64,000 bases of DNA, from NCBI GenBank assembly GCA_044352855.1, contig JBILDC010000012.1, positions 4,892 to 68,891 on the forward strand, written 5' to 3'. The notes below the pieces were generated by a model. That model saw only the letters and a program-made list of their open reading frames with translations, did not search any database and had not been told where the DNA came from. The translations under genes and the position numbers were made by a program. Every line of letters starts with the position of its first letter. The first letter of the stretch is position 1. Source of the DNA: Sediminibacterium sp. (lineage in GTDB: Bacteria; Bacteroidota; Bacteroidia; Chitinophagales; Chitinophagaceae). Shown piece by piece: positions 18,620 to 27,876 of the stretch.

Positions 18620-20179
18620 ATGAAATTTTATTTAGTTACACTAAGTTTTTTTTTAATAGGCATAACACATGCGCAAGTAATGCCACAATCATTTATTACT
18701 AATAATAATGCGTATCCAATTAGTACAAGTGGCGCTAATGTAGCATTTAATTTTGAATCCGCTATTTCTACCGTGGTAGCAAATACTTATCCAGCAATAA
18801 AAAGTGATTTTTCATTCAATTTTAGTAACACAACACCATATACGATACAATTTTTTTTTAATAAAGTAGTTAGTAACAATACCAGATTTGGGTTTATTGG
18901 TTTCACAACTGCAACAAATGGATTTTCTTATGACCCTGCGTGCTTTTTATTTTATGAATTTCAGAATGGTGTCATGAGAAATTTTGTAAAAAATGAATAT
19001 TTAGGCGGAAATATTAATGTAAATAGTTTTGTTATTGGACAAACTTATCAAATTACTACAACTTATAATGGTAGTCAATGGAAACACTATGTGAATGGAG
19101 TTTTATTTTCTATAGTCAACAACAATAGTACATGGAGTGGTACTGGAAATTTAATGTTAGGCAATATTGGAGGCTATACCAATATAATTTTAGACGAAGT
19201 AAGATTTTGGGATAGAGCTTTAACGCAAGATGAAATTTCAAATAATTATAAAAAGCCTTTAATAGGAAATGAAAACGGATTAAAACTGTATTATAATTTT
19301 AATAATCAAGGTAATCCATCAGAAAACAATTCAAATATTCAATACCTAAAAGATCTAACATCCAATAATAATAAAGGGACATTTAATAATTTGTCTTTAT
19401 CAGGCACACAAAATAATTTTATACCTAGTATAGCATATTACGATAGTATCGCAATTTCTTTGGATGCAAATGATTTAGATAGTTATCCTGGCACTGGGAA
19501 TGCTTCCTCGCTCATTGCTGGAGGCAATGCTTGGCATGATTTAAGTACTAAGCAAAGTTTATTTTTTTCTAATAATTTGAACTATAATACAAATGCGGCT
19601 CCAATACTTAATGCAGATGGAGGGCGTTCTTTATATATAAAAAATATGTATGGGCGTTCAAATTTAAATACGGGCATTTCAGGTAGTTCTCCAAAATCAA
19701 TTGAAGCTTGGGTTAAATTTAATTCTTTAGACAATATTTCAGTTGCTTCAATTGGTAATTTGTCTGACTATAATCAATTTGAACTGGCAGCTAACAACAA
19801 TAAATTAATTCTAAATATTGGATCAAATTTTTCAAGTAATCTACTTATAAAAAGCACAAGTACATTGGTAATTAATAGATGGTACCATGTTGTAATTACT
19901 TGGTCTCGTAGTTTTGCAAAAACGGCAAATTATAAATACGGTGCTTTTACCATGTATATTAATGGCATAAAAGATAATGACTTCTTTAATAGAGACGGAG
20001 AATACAATCATAGTATTGATATAACATTAGTTAATTCCACAAGTACCCCAGTTTATATAGGAACAAGTCTAAGGCCTTTTAATGGTAAATTAGGAATATT
20101 AAAAGTGTACCGAAAAGAATTACTTGAAACAGAAGTTTTAAATAGGTTTAATGCCACAAAAAGCAGGTTTGGGTATTAA
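18620..20179 (+). CDS. Exported tandem LamG/ConA-like domain protein
   Basis: ATG 18620 just after the upstream stop (track start 18569 overlaps it); signal peptide; LDEVRFWDRALTQDEI; second domain ISLDANDLDSYPGTG...RWYHVVITW...EVLNRFNATKSRFGY. Confidence 0.8.
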   Translation: MKFYLVTLSFFLIGITHAQVMPQSFITNNNAYPISTSGANVAFNFESAISTVVANTYPAIKSDFSFNFSNTTPYTIQFFFNKVVSNNTRFGFIGFTTATNGFSYDPACFLFYEFQNGVMRNFVKNEYLGGNINVNSFVIGQTYQITTTYNGSQWKHYVNGVLFSIVNNNSTWSGTGNLMLGNIGGYTNIILDEVRFWDRALTQDEISNNYKKPLIGNENGLKLYYNFNNQGNPSENNSNIQYLKDLTSNNNKGTFNNLSLSGTQNNFIPSIAYYDSIAISLDANDLDSYPGTGNASSLIAGGNAWHDLSTKQSLFFSNNLNYNTNAAPILNADGGRSLYIKNMYGRSNLNTGISGSSPKSIEAWVKFNSLDNISVASIGNLSDYNQFELAANNNKLILNIGSNFSSNLLIKSTSTLVINRWYHVVITWSRSFAKTANYKYGAFTMYINGIKDNDFFNRDGEYNHSIDITLVNSTSTPVYIGTSLRPFNGKLGILKVYRKELLETEVLNRFNATKSRFGY

Positions 20180-20399
20180 TTTTTTTGAGGGTTAGCATAA
20201 TGTCGCAACTTAGAAAATTTTATAATTATATTTTAATAAAATAATATATTATTAAAATAGTTTAATATTTTTCATTTCGAAGAAAATATTAAAACAGTTT
20301 AACTACAAGCTATTTTTAATAATTGTATTTTTATTTTAATAATTTTAATCACAGGGAAGCCGAAAACTGTATTATAGAGTAGGCGCAAATTTTAATTAT

Positions 20400-20693
20400 A
20401 TGAAAAATAAGTTTGTAACATTCGCTTTATTGTCATTTTTATGTTTAAGTATGGCTTCTTGCTATACTGTATCCTATGCAGTCGGTACTGGTTCTCAGAC
20501 TGGTGAGACTATTATGGAAAAAAATCATTATTTGGTTGCTGGCTTAGCGCCTATTAAAACAGCCAATCCTACTCAAATGGCTGGAGATGCTAAAAACTAT
20601 CAAGTAACTATTTCACATACTGTAGTTGATGGCCTAATAAATATTTTAACAGGTGGGTTATATACGCCTACTACAACTATTGTTAAGAAGTAG
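20400..20693 (+). CDS. Bor/Iss-family small lipoprotein
   Basis: Lipobox MASC; HYLVAGL and HTVVDGLINILTGGLYTPTT resemble the Bor family. Confidence 0.65.
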   Translation: MKNKFVTFALLSFLCLSMASCYTVSYAVGTGSQTGETIMEKNHYLVAGLAPIKTANPTQMAGDAKNYQVTISHTVVDGLINILTGGLYTPTTTIVKK

Positions 20694-20720
20694 TTTTTTA
20701 ATTTATTTTAAATTTTATTC

Positions 20721-20759
20721 TAAGAAAAAGGAGCTTATAATTTAAGTTTCTTTTTCTTA
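20721..20759. terminator. Intrinsic terminator hairpin
   Basis: taagaaaaaggagctta-taatt-taagtttctttttctta: 17-bp stem with G-U pairs and A/T tracts on both sides. Confidence 0.75.
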
Positions 20760-20869
20760 TTTTATTTTACGGCATTCCACACTAGAAAAATTTATATGAA
20801 TGTATTCGATATAAAAAATATTAAATTAGTTTAAGAAGAAATTAATACAATCTGTTGTAAATTTATTTT

Positions 20870-22384
20870 ATGAAAAAAGTATTTCTTTTCTTTTTTATTT
20901 TTTTTTCATCACTACATGTATATGCACAAACTGGAATATTTTTCCAAGCAATTGCAAGAGATAATACTTCCAATCCTGCTAAAGACAGAAAATTATATGT
21001 ACAAACTAATATTATACAATCAACAACAACGGGCACTATAGTTTTAACAGAAGAGCATGAAACCTTTACCGATGCATTTGGCATATTTAGTATAATGGTA
21101 GGCAGCGGAAGAAGAGTAGGAGGTACCGTTACTAGTTTAAGTACTATTGATTGGGCTAAAGGCCCTTACTATTTAAATATTAAAATTGTTATTACACCAG
21201 TGGGAGTAGGTGCTGGCTGGGATTATACAAAAGAGTGGGTAGATATAGGAACCACTATTTTTGGAGCTGTACCATTTGCATTGTATTCAGCTAGTACAGC
21301 AAAAATTGATGAAAAATTAAATTCTTCAGATACAACTAAAATGTTAAACCCTTATGCCAAAGTGCAAGCGGTTCAAACATTATCAACTATCATTGATACA
21401 AAATTAGCGACCAGGGATACTTCAGCTATGTTAGCGCCTTATGCTAAATTGTCTTACAGCTTAGATAGTATTTATTTAAAAAAACAAATAGCTAGTTTAT
21501 TAGGCGCATTGGATACTATAAAATACACCAAACAAACTTATACCGATTCTGCATTACTTTCAAAAATGAACATTTTTGATAAAAGCATATATGCAAAACA
21601 AATTTATACTGATTCTGCTTTGCTTACAAAATTATCAACTACAGGAAGTGCAGCAAGTTTAACTAATTTTCCAATATTCAATCAAAATACAACAGGTAAT
21701 GCTGCTACTGCAGACAATATTACGGCAACTAATAATACAACCTTAACTAGTTTATCTAATTTAAATACAGTCGGGACTATTACAACTGGTGTATGGAGTG
21801 CTACTACTATAGATATAGCACATGGAGGAACTGGTTTAACTAAAGCTGGCTTAGATGGGCAGGTCTTGAGTACAGCATCTGATGGAAGTCTTCAATGGGT
21901 TAGCTTAACTTCATCGACTACTACACATAGAATTGGTGAGAGATTCGGAGGAGGCATTGTATTTTATGTATATGATAATGGTAAACATGGCTTAATAGCA
22001 GCAACTTCTGATCAAGCTTCTTTTGTTAGATGGGGAAATACTAATGCTGTTAATGCTGTAAGAGATGGAATTAATGCAGGTATGGCCAATACTGAAAGAA
22101 TTATTTTAGTACAAGGTTCCGCTGGAGATTATGCAGCACAGATTGCTGCAAATTACCAAGGTGGTGGATTTGGTGACTGGTATTTACCCTCTAAATATGA
22201 ACTAAATCTGCTTTTTCAAAAAAAAGCCTTTGTTGGATTGTTTCCAGGTTTCGGTTATTGGAGTTCTAATGAGTCTGGCAATAGTAATGCATGGGGGCAA
22301 GATTTCGCTGATATATGGGGGACTCAATTTTATACTAATAGAACTCAAAAACATAGTTCTGTCCGCGCTATTAGATCGTTTTAA
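20870..22384 (+). CDS. 504-aa exported FQAIARD-domain fibre protein with DUF1566 (Lcl-like) C-terminus
   Basis: N-domain closely homologous to 1606-5220; C-terminal HRIGERFGGGIVFYV...GDWYLPSKYEL...YWSS...VRAIRSF. Confidence 0.8.
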   Translation: MKKVFLFFFIFFSSLHVYAQTGIFFQAIARDNTSNPAKDRKLYVQTNIIQSTTTGTIVLTEEHETFTDAFGIFSIMVGSGRRVGGTVTSLSTIDWAKGPYYLNIKIVITPVGVGAGWDYTKEWVDIGTTIFGAVPFALYSASTAKIDEKLNSSDTTKMLNPYAKVQAVQTLSTIIDTKLATRDTSAMLAPYAKLSYSLDSIYLKKQIASLLGALDTIKYTKQTYTDSALLSKMNIFDKSIYAKQIYTDSALLTKLSTTGSAASLTNFPIFNQNTTGNAATADNITATNNTTLTSLSNLNTVGTITTGVWSATTIDIAHGGTGLTKAGLDGQVLSTASDGSLQWVSLTSSTTTHRIGERFGGGIVFYVYDNGKHGLIAATSDQASFVRWGNTNAVNAVRDGINAGMANTERIILVQGSAGDYAAQIAANYQGGGFGDWYLPSKYELNLLFQKKAFVGLFPGFGYWSSNESGNSNAWGQDFADIWGTQFYTNRTQKHSSVRAIRSF

Positions 22385-22385
22385 T

Positions 22386-22754
22386 TTATTTCTTTGCTTC
22401 CTGTAATTTATGAAAACTAATATAAGAGGTAAGAAGTAGGCCGAAGAAAATGACAGACATTATACCAAAGGGAATAAAAGCATCACCAACTGCTATATGT
22501 GCAATCAACGCTGTTATATACATGATACCATAACCCACATAGGCCCATTCTTTAAAACGAGCAGGCACAGCTGGTACTATTAAAAGTACTAAACCAATTA
22601 ACTGACCAATACTCACTTCAAGACCAAGGTAACGTGGAATAAGCAAATGGTTTGCGCCATCAATAGCTACTTGAGAATTCATTTGTATCGCACCTAAAGA
22701 GAATAAACAAATAATACCTGTGCTTATCCAGTAAATAATTTTTGTTGTTTTCAT
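22386..22754 (-). CDS. DoxX-like membrane protein
   Basis: Probable start MKTTKIIYWISTG at 22754; RFKEWAYVG motif; 4 TM segments. Confidence 0.8.
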   Translation of the reverse strand: MKTTKIIYWISTGIICLFSLGAIQMNSQVAIDGANHLLIPRYLGLEVSIGQLIGLVLLIVPAVPARFKEWAYVGYGIMYITALIAHIAVGDAFIPFGIMSVIFFGLLLTSYISFHKLQEAKK

Positions 22755-22883
22755 GGTTTGAATTTTGGTTTTACTGATAAATATCATAGGCAAAGTTAAA
22801 GTTATTACAATAAGTCATACTAATTTTTCTTCATTTTTTCTGTTCTTTTTTTCATTTTTTCATGTTCGCATGAAACTGCCGTA

Positions 22884-23834
22884 TTGAATCCATTATTGAC
22901 GAGCAGATTAAATGACACAGTTGCAAAAATACCTTTTGATTCCACTGGAACAACTGGCAGCTGTGATACTATAAAAGTAAATTACATAGAAAATATAAAG
23001 CCTATAATGACCAAGTATTGCACGAGCTGTCATAGTACTGCACTTAATTTAGGTGGCTATGATTTGTCTACCTATGCAGGTACAGTCATTCCGGGTAAGT
23101 CGGGTAAATTATTGGGCTCAGTGATGCATGCTGTGGGCTTTATAGCTATGCCTTCTGCAAGCCAATATATTAGTACTTGTGAAGTCAATGCCATTAAAAG
23201 CTGGATTGCTCAATCTTATCTTCTTGATTCCATTGGAAGTACAGATACTACAAAAATAGTGAATCCTATTCTGACGCCTGCAGGGATAAACACTTGCAAT
23301 CCTGATACTGTATATTTTGCCTCGCAAATTTTGCCACTCCTAGTTTCAACTTGCGCAATGAGCGGATGCCATGATGAAAAAAGTAGGAAAGACGGTGTTG
23401 TAATGACTGATTACGTAAATAGCATGAAAACTGTGAAAGCAGGGGATCCTAAAAATAGTGAATTATACAAATCCTTAATAGATAAAGACCCAGAAGATAG
23501 AATGCCAATGGCACCTATTCCTCCCTTTAACCAAACACAAATTGAATTAGTCAGTAAATGGATAACACAAGGCGCAAAAAACAATGCATGTACAAATACA
23601 ATTGCTAGTAATTGTGTAATTTCGAATATGTCTTTTTCAAAGGATGTGTTACCCATTTTTATATCAAATTGTAATGGATGTCATTTACAAACTTATATAT
23701 CCAATGGAAGCCTAATGAATTCAATATTACAAAATGGCAAAGCGGCACCCATGCCTAAAAACGCCTATAAACTTAATAGTTGCTCTATTGCAACAATACA
23801 GGCATGGATTATTAAAGGGGCTCTTAACAATTAA
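22884..23834 (+). CDS. Multi-domain c-type cytochrome (Planctomycete cytochrome c-like), probable lipoprotein; start uncertain
   Basis: CTSCH, CAMSGCH and CNGCH heme motifs with distal MP motifs; in-frame upstream FFFIFSVLFFIFSC lacks an ATG. Confidence 0.7.
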   Translation: MNPLLTSRLNDTVAKIPFDSTGTTGSCDTIKVNYIENIKPIMTKYCTSCHSTALNLGGYDLSTYAGTVIPGKSGKLLGSVMHAVGFIAMPSASQYISTCEVNAIKSWIAQSYLLDSIGSTDTTKIVNPILTPAGINTCNPDTVYFASQILPLLVSTCAMSGCHDEKSRKDGVVMTDYVNSMKTVKAGDPKNSELYKSLIDKDPEDRMPMAPIPPFNQTQIELVSKWITQGAKNNACTNTIASNCVISNMSFSKDVLPIFISNCNGCHLQTYISNGSLMNSILQNGKAAPMPKNAYKLNSCSIATIQAWIIKGALNN

Positions 23835-23845
23835 ATAAATACCCA

Positions 23846-24382
23846 ATGAAAAATTTATTTTTAAGCATTTTACTTTTCGTAGTTCTTTCTCCATTGAGCG
23901 CCCAGAAATTATATTCCACCAAAAGTGGTCAAATTTCATTTAATGCAACTGGGGACTTGGTCAAAATTATAGGATTAAATAATCAAGTCGATTCTAAGTT
24001 CGCCGAATCAAGTGGACAAATAATTTTTGGTGTACTTATTAAAGGCTTTAAATTTGAGAACCAGTTAATGGAGGACCATTTCAATGAAAACTATATGGAA
24101 TCAACTCAGTTCCCTAAGGCCGATTTTAAAGGGTATATTACTAATATTAAAGAAGTAAATTTTTCTAAAGATGGCGAATACCCCATTCTTGTAGAAGGAA
24201 CGCTTACAATTCATGGGGTAGGAAATAAAACAAGCAATAAAGGGGTATTAATCATAGACAAAGGAATACCCACTATAAAAGGAGAATTCAAAGTATCCCT
24301 AAAACAATATGGCATTAAGGGTTCTTACATTGGAGATAAAATTGCAAGCGATGCTATTATTAAATTAAATTGCAAGTATTAA
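23846..24382 (+). CDS. YceI-family protein
   Basis: Signal peptide; FKFENQLMEDHFNENYMESTQFPKADF, GTLTIHGV. Confidence 0.9.
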   Translation: MKNLFLSILLFVVLSPLSAQKLYSTKSGQISFNATGDLVKIIGLNNQVDSKFAESSGQIIFGVLIKGFKFENQLMEDHFNENYMESTQFPKADFKGYITNIKEVNFSKDGEYPILVEGTLTIHGVGNKTSNKGVLIIDKGIPTIKGEFKVSLKQYGIKGSYIGDKIASDAIIKLNCKY

Positions 24383-24383
24383 T

Positions 24384-25277
24384 ATGAAAAAATTTATTCC
24401 TATTTGTTTATTTGTTTTATCAAGTCTTTCTTCGAAAGCGCAAGAAATTGATTTATTCAAAATAAAAGATGAAAAAACAAAAGATATTACTACCGCTACT
24501 TTTAAAGCATCCAGAGTGGTTAATGGGCAATCTATTGAAAACGTAGGAAATGGCGTTTTGGATTTAAAAATATTACATCGTTTTGGAAATATAAGTACAG
24601 GTGCTTATGAATTATTTGGATTAGATCAAGCCTCCATGAGAATGGGATTAGATTATGGCGTGAATAAACGTCTTATGGTGGGTATTGGAAGAAGCACATT
24701 TGAAAAACAATACGATGCTTTTTTTAAATATAAATTAATACAACAACAAACCGGTTTAAAAGAAATACCTGTTTCAGTTAGTATGGTGAGCACTATTATT
24801 TATAAGTCTTTAAAATCTAATCCTAATGCAGAATATATTACCTATAACTCAGACAGATATTCTTATGCACACCAACTACTTATTGCTAGAAAATTTAATG
24901 ATTATTTTTCATTACAGCTAAGCCCTACACTTATTCATTATAATATTGTTGCCAGTTCTACTATCCCAAATGATTTTACATCCTTAGGTATTAGTTTTAG
25001 GCAGCGTATTAGTAAGCGTGTAAATTTTACAACTGAATATTTTTATAGAATAGATAAATTAGATGGGTATTATGACCCATTAACACTAGGCGTTGATATT
25101 GAAACGGGAGGCCATGTGTTTCAATTACATGTCACTAATTCTACAGGTATGACAGAACGAACATTTATCAATGAAACAACTGGTAGCTGGGGCAATGGGG
25201 CACTTCGTTTTGGGTTCAATTTAACGCGTGCATTTACTTTGAAAAAACCTAAGGAACTTAAAAATGTAAAGTGGTAA
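24384..25277 (+). CDS. DUF5777-like outer-membrane beta-barrel
   Basis: TFKASRVVNGQSIE, LHRFG, LFGLDQA, GVDIETGGHVFQLH, GFNLTRAF. Confidence 0.75.
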   Translation: MKKFIPICLFVLSSLSSKAQEIDLFKIKDEKTKDITTATFKASRVVNGQSIENVGNGVLDLKILHRFGNISTGAYELFGLDQASMRMGLDYGVNKRLMVGIGRSTFEKQYDAFFKYKLIQQQTGLKEIPVSVSMVSTIIYKSLKSNPNAEYITYNSDRYSYAHQLLIARKFNDYFSLQLSPTLIHYNIVASSTIPNDFTSLGISFRQRISKRVNFTTEYFYRIDKLDGYYDPLTLGVDIETGGHVFQLHVTNSTGMTERTFINETTGSWGNGALRFGFNLTRAFTLKKPKELKNVKW

Positions 25278-25280
25278 TAT

Positions 25281-25700
25281 ATGATTAAGCGCCTACTTGT
25301 TCCGGTCTTATTGTTTCTACTTATTACCATTGCTGCCGTGTATTATTATGTATTTGTTTATTCTGTTCAAAATCATAGAAATATAAATAAAGAAACAGCT
25401 ATTACTATTATTGCTGATGATTTAATTCAACAATATACAGATAACGAAATAAATGCTAATACTACCTATTTAAATAAAGTATTAATGATTAAAGGTGTTT
25501 TAATTGATACAGCAACCAATCAACAGGGTAATCTCACAGTTACAATAGGTAATCCTATGAGCCTATCTAATGTATATATAACATTAAATGAACGCCCAAA
25601 TTATAAGCTTATAATAAATGACTCCATACAAATTAAAGGAGTCTGTACTGGCCTTTTAAGTGATGTAATAATTAATGAAGCGCAAGTAATTAAAAATTAA
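25281..25700 (+). CDS. OB-fold (tRNA_anti-like) membrane-anchored protein
   Basis: N-terminal TM; ADDLIQQY...ANTTYLNKVLMIKG...IQIKGVCTGLLSDVII. Confidence 0.7.
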   Translation: MIKRLLVPVLLFLLITIAAVYYYVFVYSVQNHRNINKETAITIIADDLIQQYTDNEINANTTYLNKVLMIKGVLIDTATNQQGNLTVTIGNPMSLSNVYITLNERPNYKLIINDSIQIKGVCTGLLSDVIINEAQVIKN

Positions 25701-26311
25701 TTCTCCATCTTCGAATTTCTTTTTCTCATTCGAATAAGCTTGGGTCCGTACCATAACCAGAAGCCTGTTGCACAAAACATAAATAGAGAAACACTCATTA
25801 TAAGTGTGTAGGTAAGTTTTATAGGTTCGCCTTTGGTTTTGAAATAAAAATCCAGAAAGGAAGCGTCATGTATATCTTCTATAAAATCGGATTTCCTAAG
25901 ATTGGTTTGTAGCGCTTTTCCAGTACTGCCATCTAATTGAATTTCCCAGTAATGATTTTTATATATAAATTTTACAATACCTTTTTCTTTTCTAATATCA
26001 ATTCTATCAATTTCAGTAGACAAGGTAGCGTCAACCGAATGTATTAAAACACTATCTGCTATTTTATGTAATTCCTTGATTGGTTTCCAGGTATCAAAAT
26101 TTGACGAGGTTCCTTCTGCTGTTGCTGGTAATATCCAACCATTTGAGTTTTTCTTCCAGCCTAGTAAAAAACCAGTAATTGCAACCACAAAAAATAAAAT
26201 AAATAATAAAGCACCCATTGTCCTGTGCACTTTTCTAAAAGTTCTTAAAACTGACACTTTATCTGATTTAGCGTTATTCATTAGATATGAAATTACGCAT
26301 TTTTTTAGCAT
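25697..26311 (-). CDS. PepSY-associated TM helix domain protein
   Basis: RKVHRTMG...ITGFLL, IEDIHD, TGFWLWY; true start may be MNNAK at 26281. Confidence 0.8.
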   Translation of the reverse strand: MLKKCVISYLMNNAKSDKVSVLRTFRKVHRTMGALLFILFFVVAITGFLLGWKKNSNGWILPATAEGTSSNFDTWKPIKELHKIADSVLIHSVDATLSTEIDRIDIRKEKGIVKFIYKNHYWEIQLDGSTGKALQTNLRKSDFIEDIHDASFLDFYFKTKGEPIKLTYTLIMSVSLFMFCATGFWLWYGPKLIRMRKRNSKMEN

Positions 26312-26429
26312 CTACTGCAGTAAATCTTTCCTAGTGTCGAGACTAAAGCGGGTCGCTTAAGCTATTTTATTATTTACCTAAATTTTAATTTCTGTTAAGA
26401 AATTTTTATATCAGATATATGTTTTAATA

Positions 26430-26858
26430 TTATAACAACTGTAGCCCAAAATAACCAATAGCTGTAAATAGGGCACATCTTAATAATACGCCTAGGCTGC
26501 ACCAAAATACCATTTTGTTGGTGGGCACATTAAAGCCCACGCCAATACCAATACTAATAGGAGCACCAACAGTCATCGTACCCAATAAGCCTAAACCCAC
26601 AACACCATATTTCTGCCAAATTTTTAAGGCAAATCCTGGCTCTTTGGCAACTTTTTCGACTTTATTTTTTCTGAATGTACTTATCCATTTTTTAATGATG
26701 TCACCTAAGTAGGCTGCTACAAAGACACCTATTAAACCTCCAATGAGACTGTATGAAAAAATGGCAATTGGATTTAGTTTGAAAGCAAAGCCTGCAGGAA
26801 TTGCAGCATATATTTCAAAAGTGGCTAAGCCAATTACAGTAAGTATTTTATAAATCAT
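26430..26858 (-). CDS. Small multidrug-export-like membrane protein
   Basis: EIYAAIPAG; KYGVVGLGLLG; hydrophobic throughout. Confidence 0.55.
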   Translation of the reverse strand: MIYKILTVIGLATFEIYAAIPAGFAFKLNPIAIFSYSLIGGLIGVFVAAYLGDIIKKWISTFRKNKVEKVAKEPGFALKIWQKYGVVGLGLLGTMTVGAPISIGIGVGFNVPTNKMVFWCSLGVLLRCALFTAIGYFGLQLL

Positions 26859-26866
26859 TTTAAGTT

Positions 26867-27205
26867 CTACTTTTTAATTAATTCGAAATAAGTGGCTTCG
26901 AACCTGCCCTTCACAATACTGCCTTGCACTTTTGCTTTTTTAATGGCATTGCAAAAACCTTCTGTGTCATGTGCATCGCCATGATCATCAATATTTGTTC
27001 CATCTACAAAGTAGTTCTTGCCTTTTAGTTTAACAGCTAAATTGCAGCCATCGCCTTTCATTTTATACATACAATTGCCACAGGTAGCTTCCACCTCATA
27101 GGTTGGACTTTTTGGGTTGAATACTAATTTTTTCTTATTAGTGTCTTGAGCATAAGTAAATGAAAAAGAAACTAACATAATAACTAAGAATAATAATTTT
27201 TTCAT
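26867..27205 (-). CDS. Exported Cys/His-rich protein (DUF6370-like)
   Basis: Signal peptide; EATCGNC, GCNLAV, DDHGDAH...GFCNA. Confidence 0.65.
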   Translation of the reverse strand: MKKLLFLVIMLVSFSFTYAQDTNKKKLVFNPKSPTYEVEATCGNCMYKMKGDGCNLAVKLKGKNYFVDGTNIDDHGDAHDTEGFCNAIKKAKVQGSIVKGRFEATYFELIKK

Positions 27206-27362
27206 AAAATTTATTTTAAAATGTAAACTAATATTTTTCGGATTTTCTAATGCTGAAATTAGGTTAAAATTGGCTTAAATAGAGGTAAATAACTGTTATA
27301 AGAAGTATAAAATGCCTAATTTTGTGTATTCATTCATAAGGTTAACAATAATATAAAACAAA

Positions 27363-27875
27363 ATGAAAAAATTATTCATACTTACAGTTATACTATTTGT
27401 TTCAGTAGCAGTAAATGCCCAAATTTTGAAGGCAGAATTAACGGCTACAGGACTTACCTGTTCTATGTGTTCTAAAGCCACTTATAAGCAGCTAATTTCT
27501 ATAGAAGCTATAGAAAAAGTAGAACCCGATTTAAACAATACAGCCTTCTTACTTTATTTTAAAAATGGCAGTGCTGTGAATATTGGTGACGTTAAAAAGA
27601 AAGTAGAAGATGCAGGCTTTTCAGTGGGCGAATTAGTGGTGGTGTTTAATTTTAAAGATCAGCAGGCAGCTAATAACAGCTCATTTACTTTAGATAATAA
27701 CAAGTATACTTTTATGGATACCAAGGCCGGTACTTTAAGCGGAGAGGTAAAAGTAAAAATTTTAGATAAAGGTTTTATCGTAGATAAAGAGTACAAACAA
27801 ATTGCAAAGACGGCAAAGCAATATCCTACTTACGCTAGCAATAGTAAAAATGTATACCATATTAAGGTATTGTAA
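27363..27875 (+). CDS. Exported heavy-metal-associated (HMA) domain protein
   Basis: Signal peptide; GLTCSMCSKA (CxxC); VEDAGFSV. Confidence 0.85.
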   Translation: MKKLFILTVILFVSVAVNAQILKAELTATGLTCSMCSKATYKQLISIEAIEKVEPDLNNTAFLLYFKNGSAVNIGDVKKKVEDAGFSVGELVVVFNFKDQQAANNSSFTLDNNKYTFMDTKAGTLSGEVKVKILDKGFIVDKEYKQIAKTAKQYPTYASNSKNVYHIKVL

Positions 27876-27876
27876 T

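Noticed and set aside
20253-20302. Imperfect ~20-bp inverted repeat upstream of the Bor-like gene
   Set aside because: Almost pure A/T; expected by chance in this intergenic composition.
1606-22384. Prophage, tailocin or contractile injection system
   Set aside because: No capsid, portal, terminase, tube, sheath, baseplate, lysis or integrase genes recognisable, and the fibre genes have Sec signal peptides.
22250-22384. Complete diversity-generating retroelement
   Set aside because: No reverse transcriptase or template repeat seen in the window; kept only as a hypothesis for a remote DGR.
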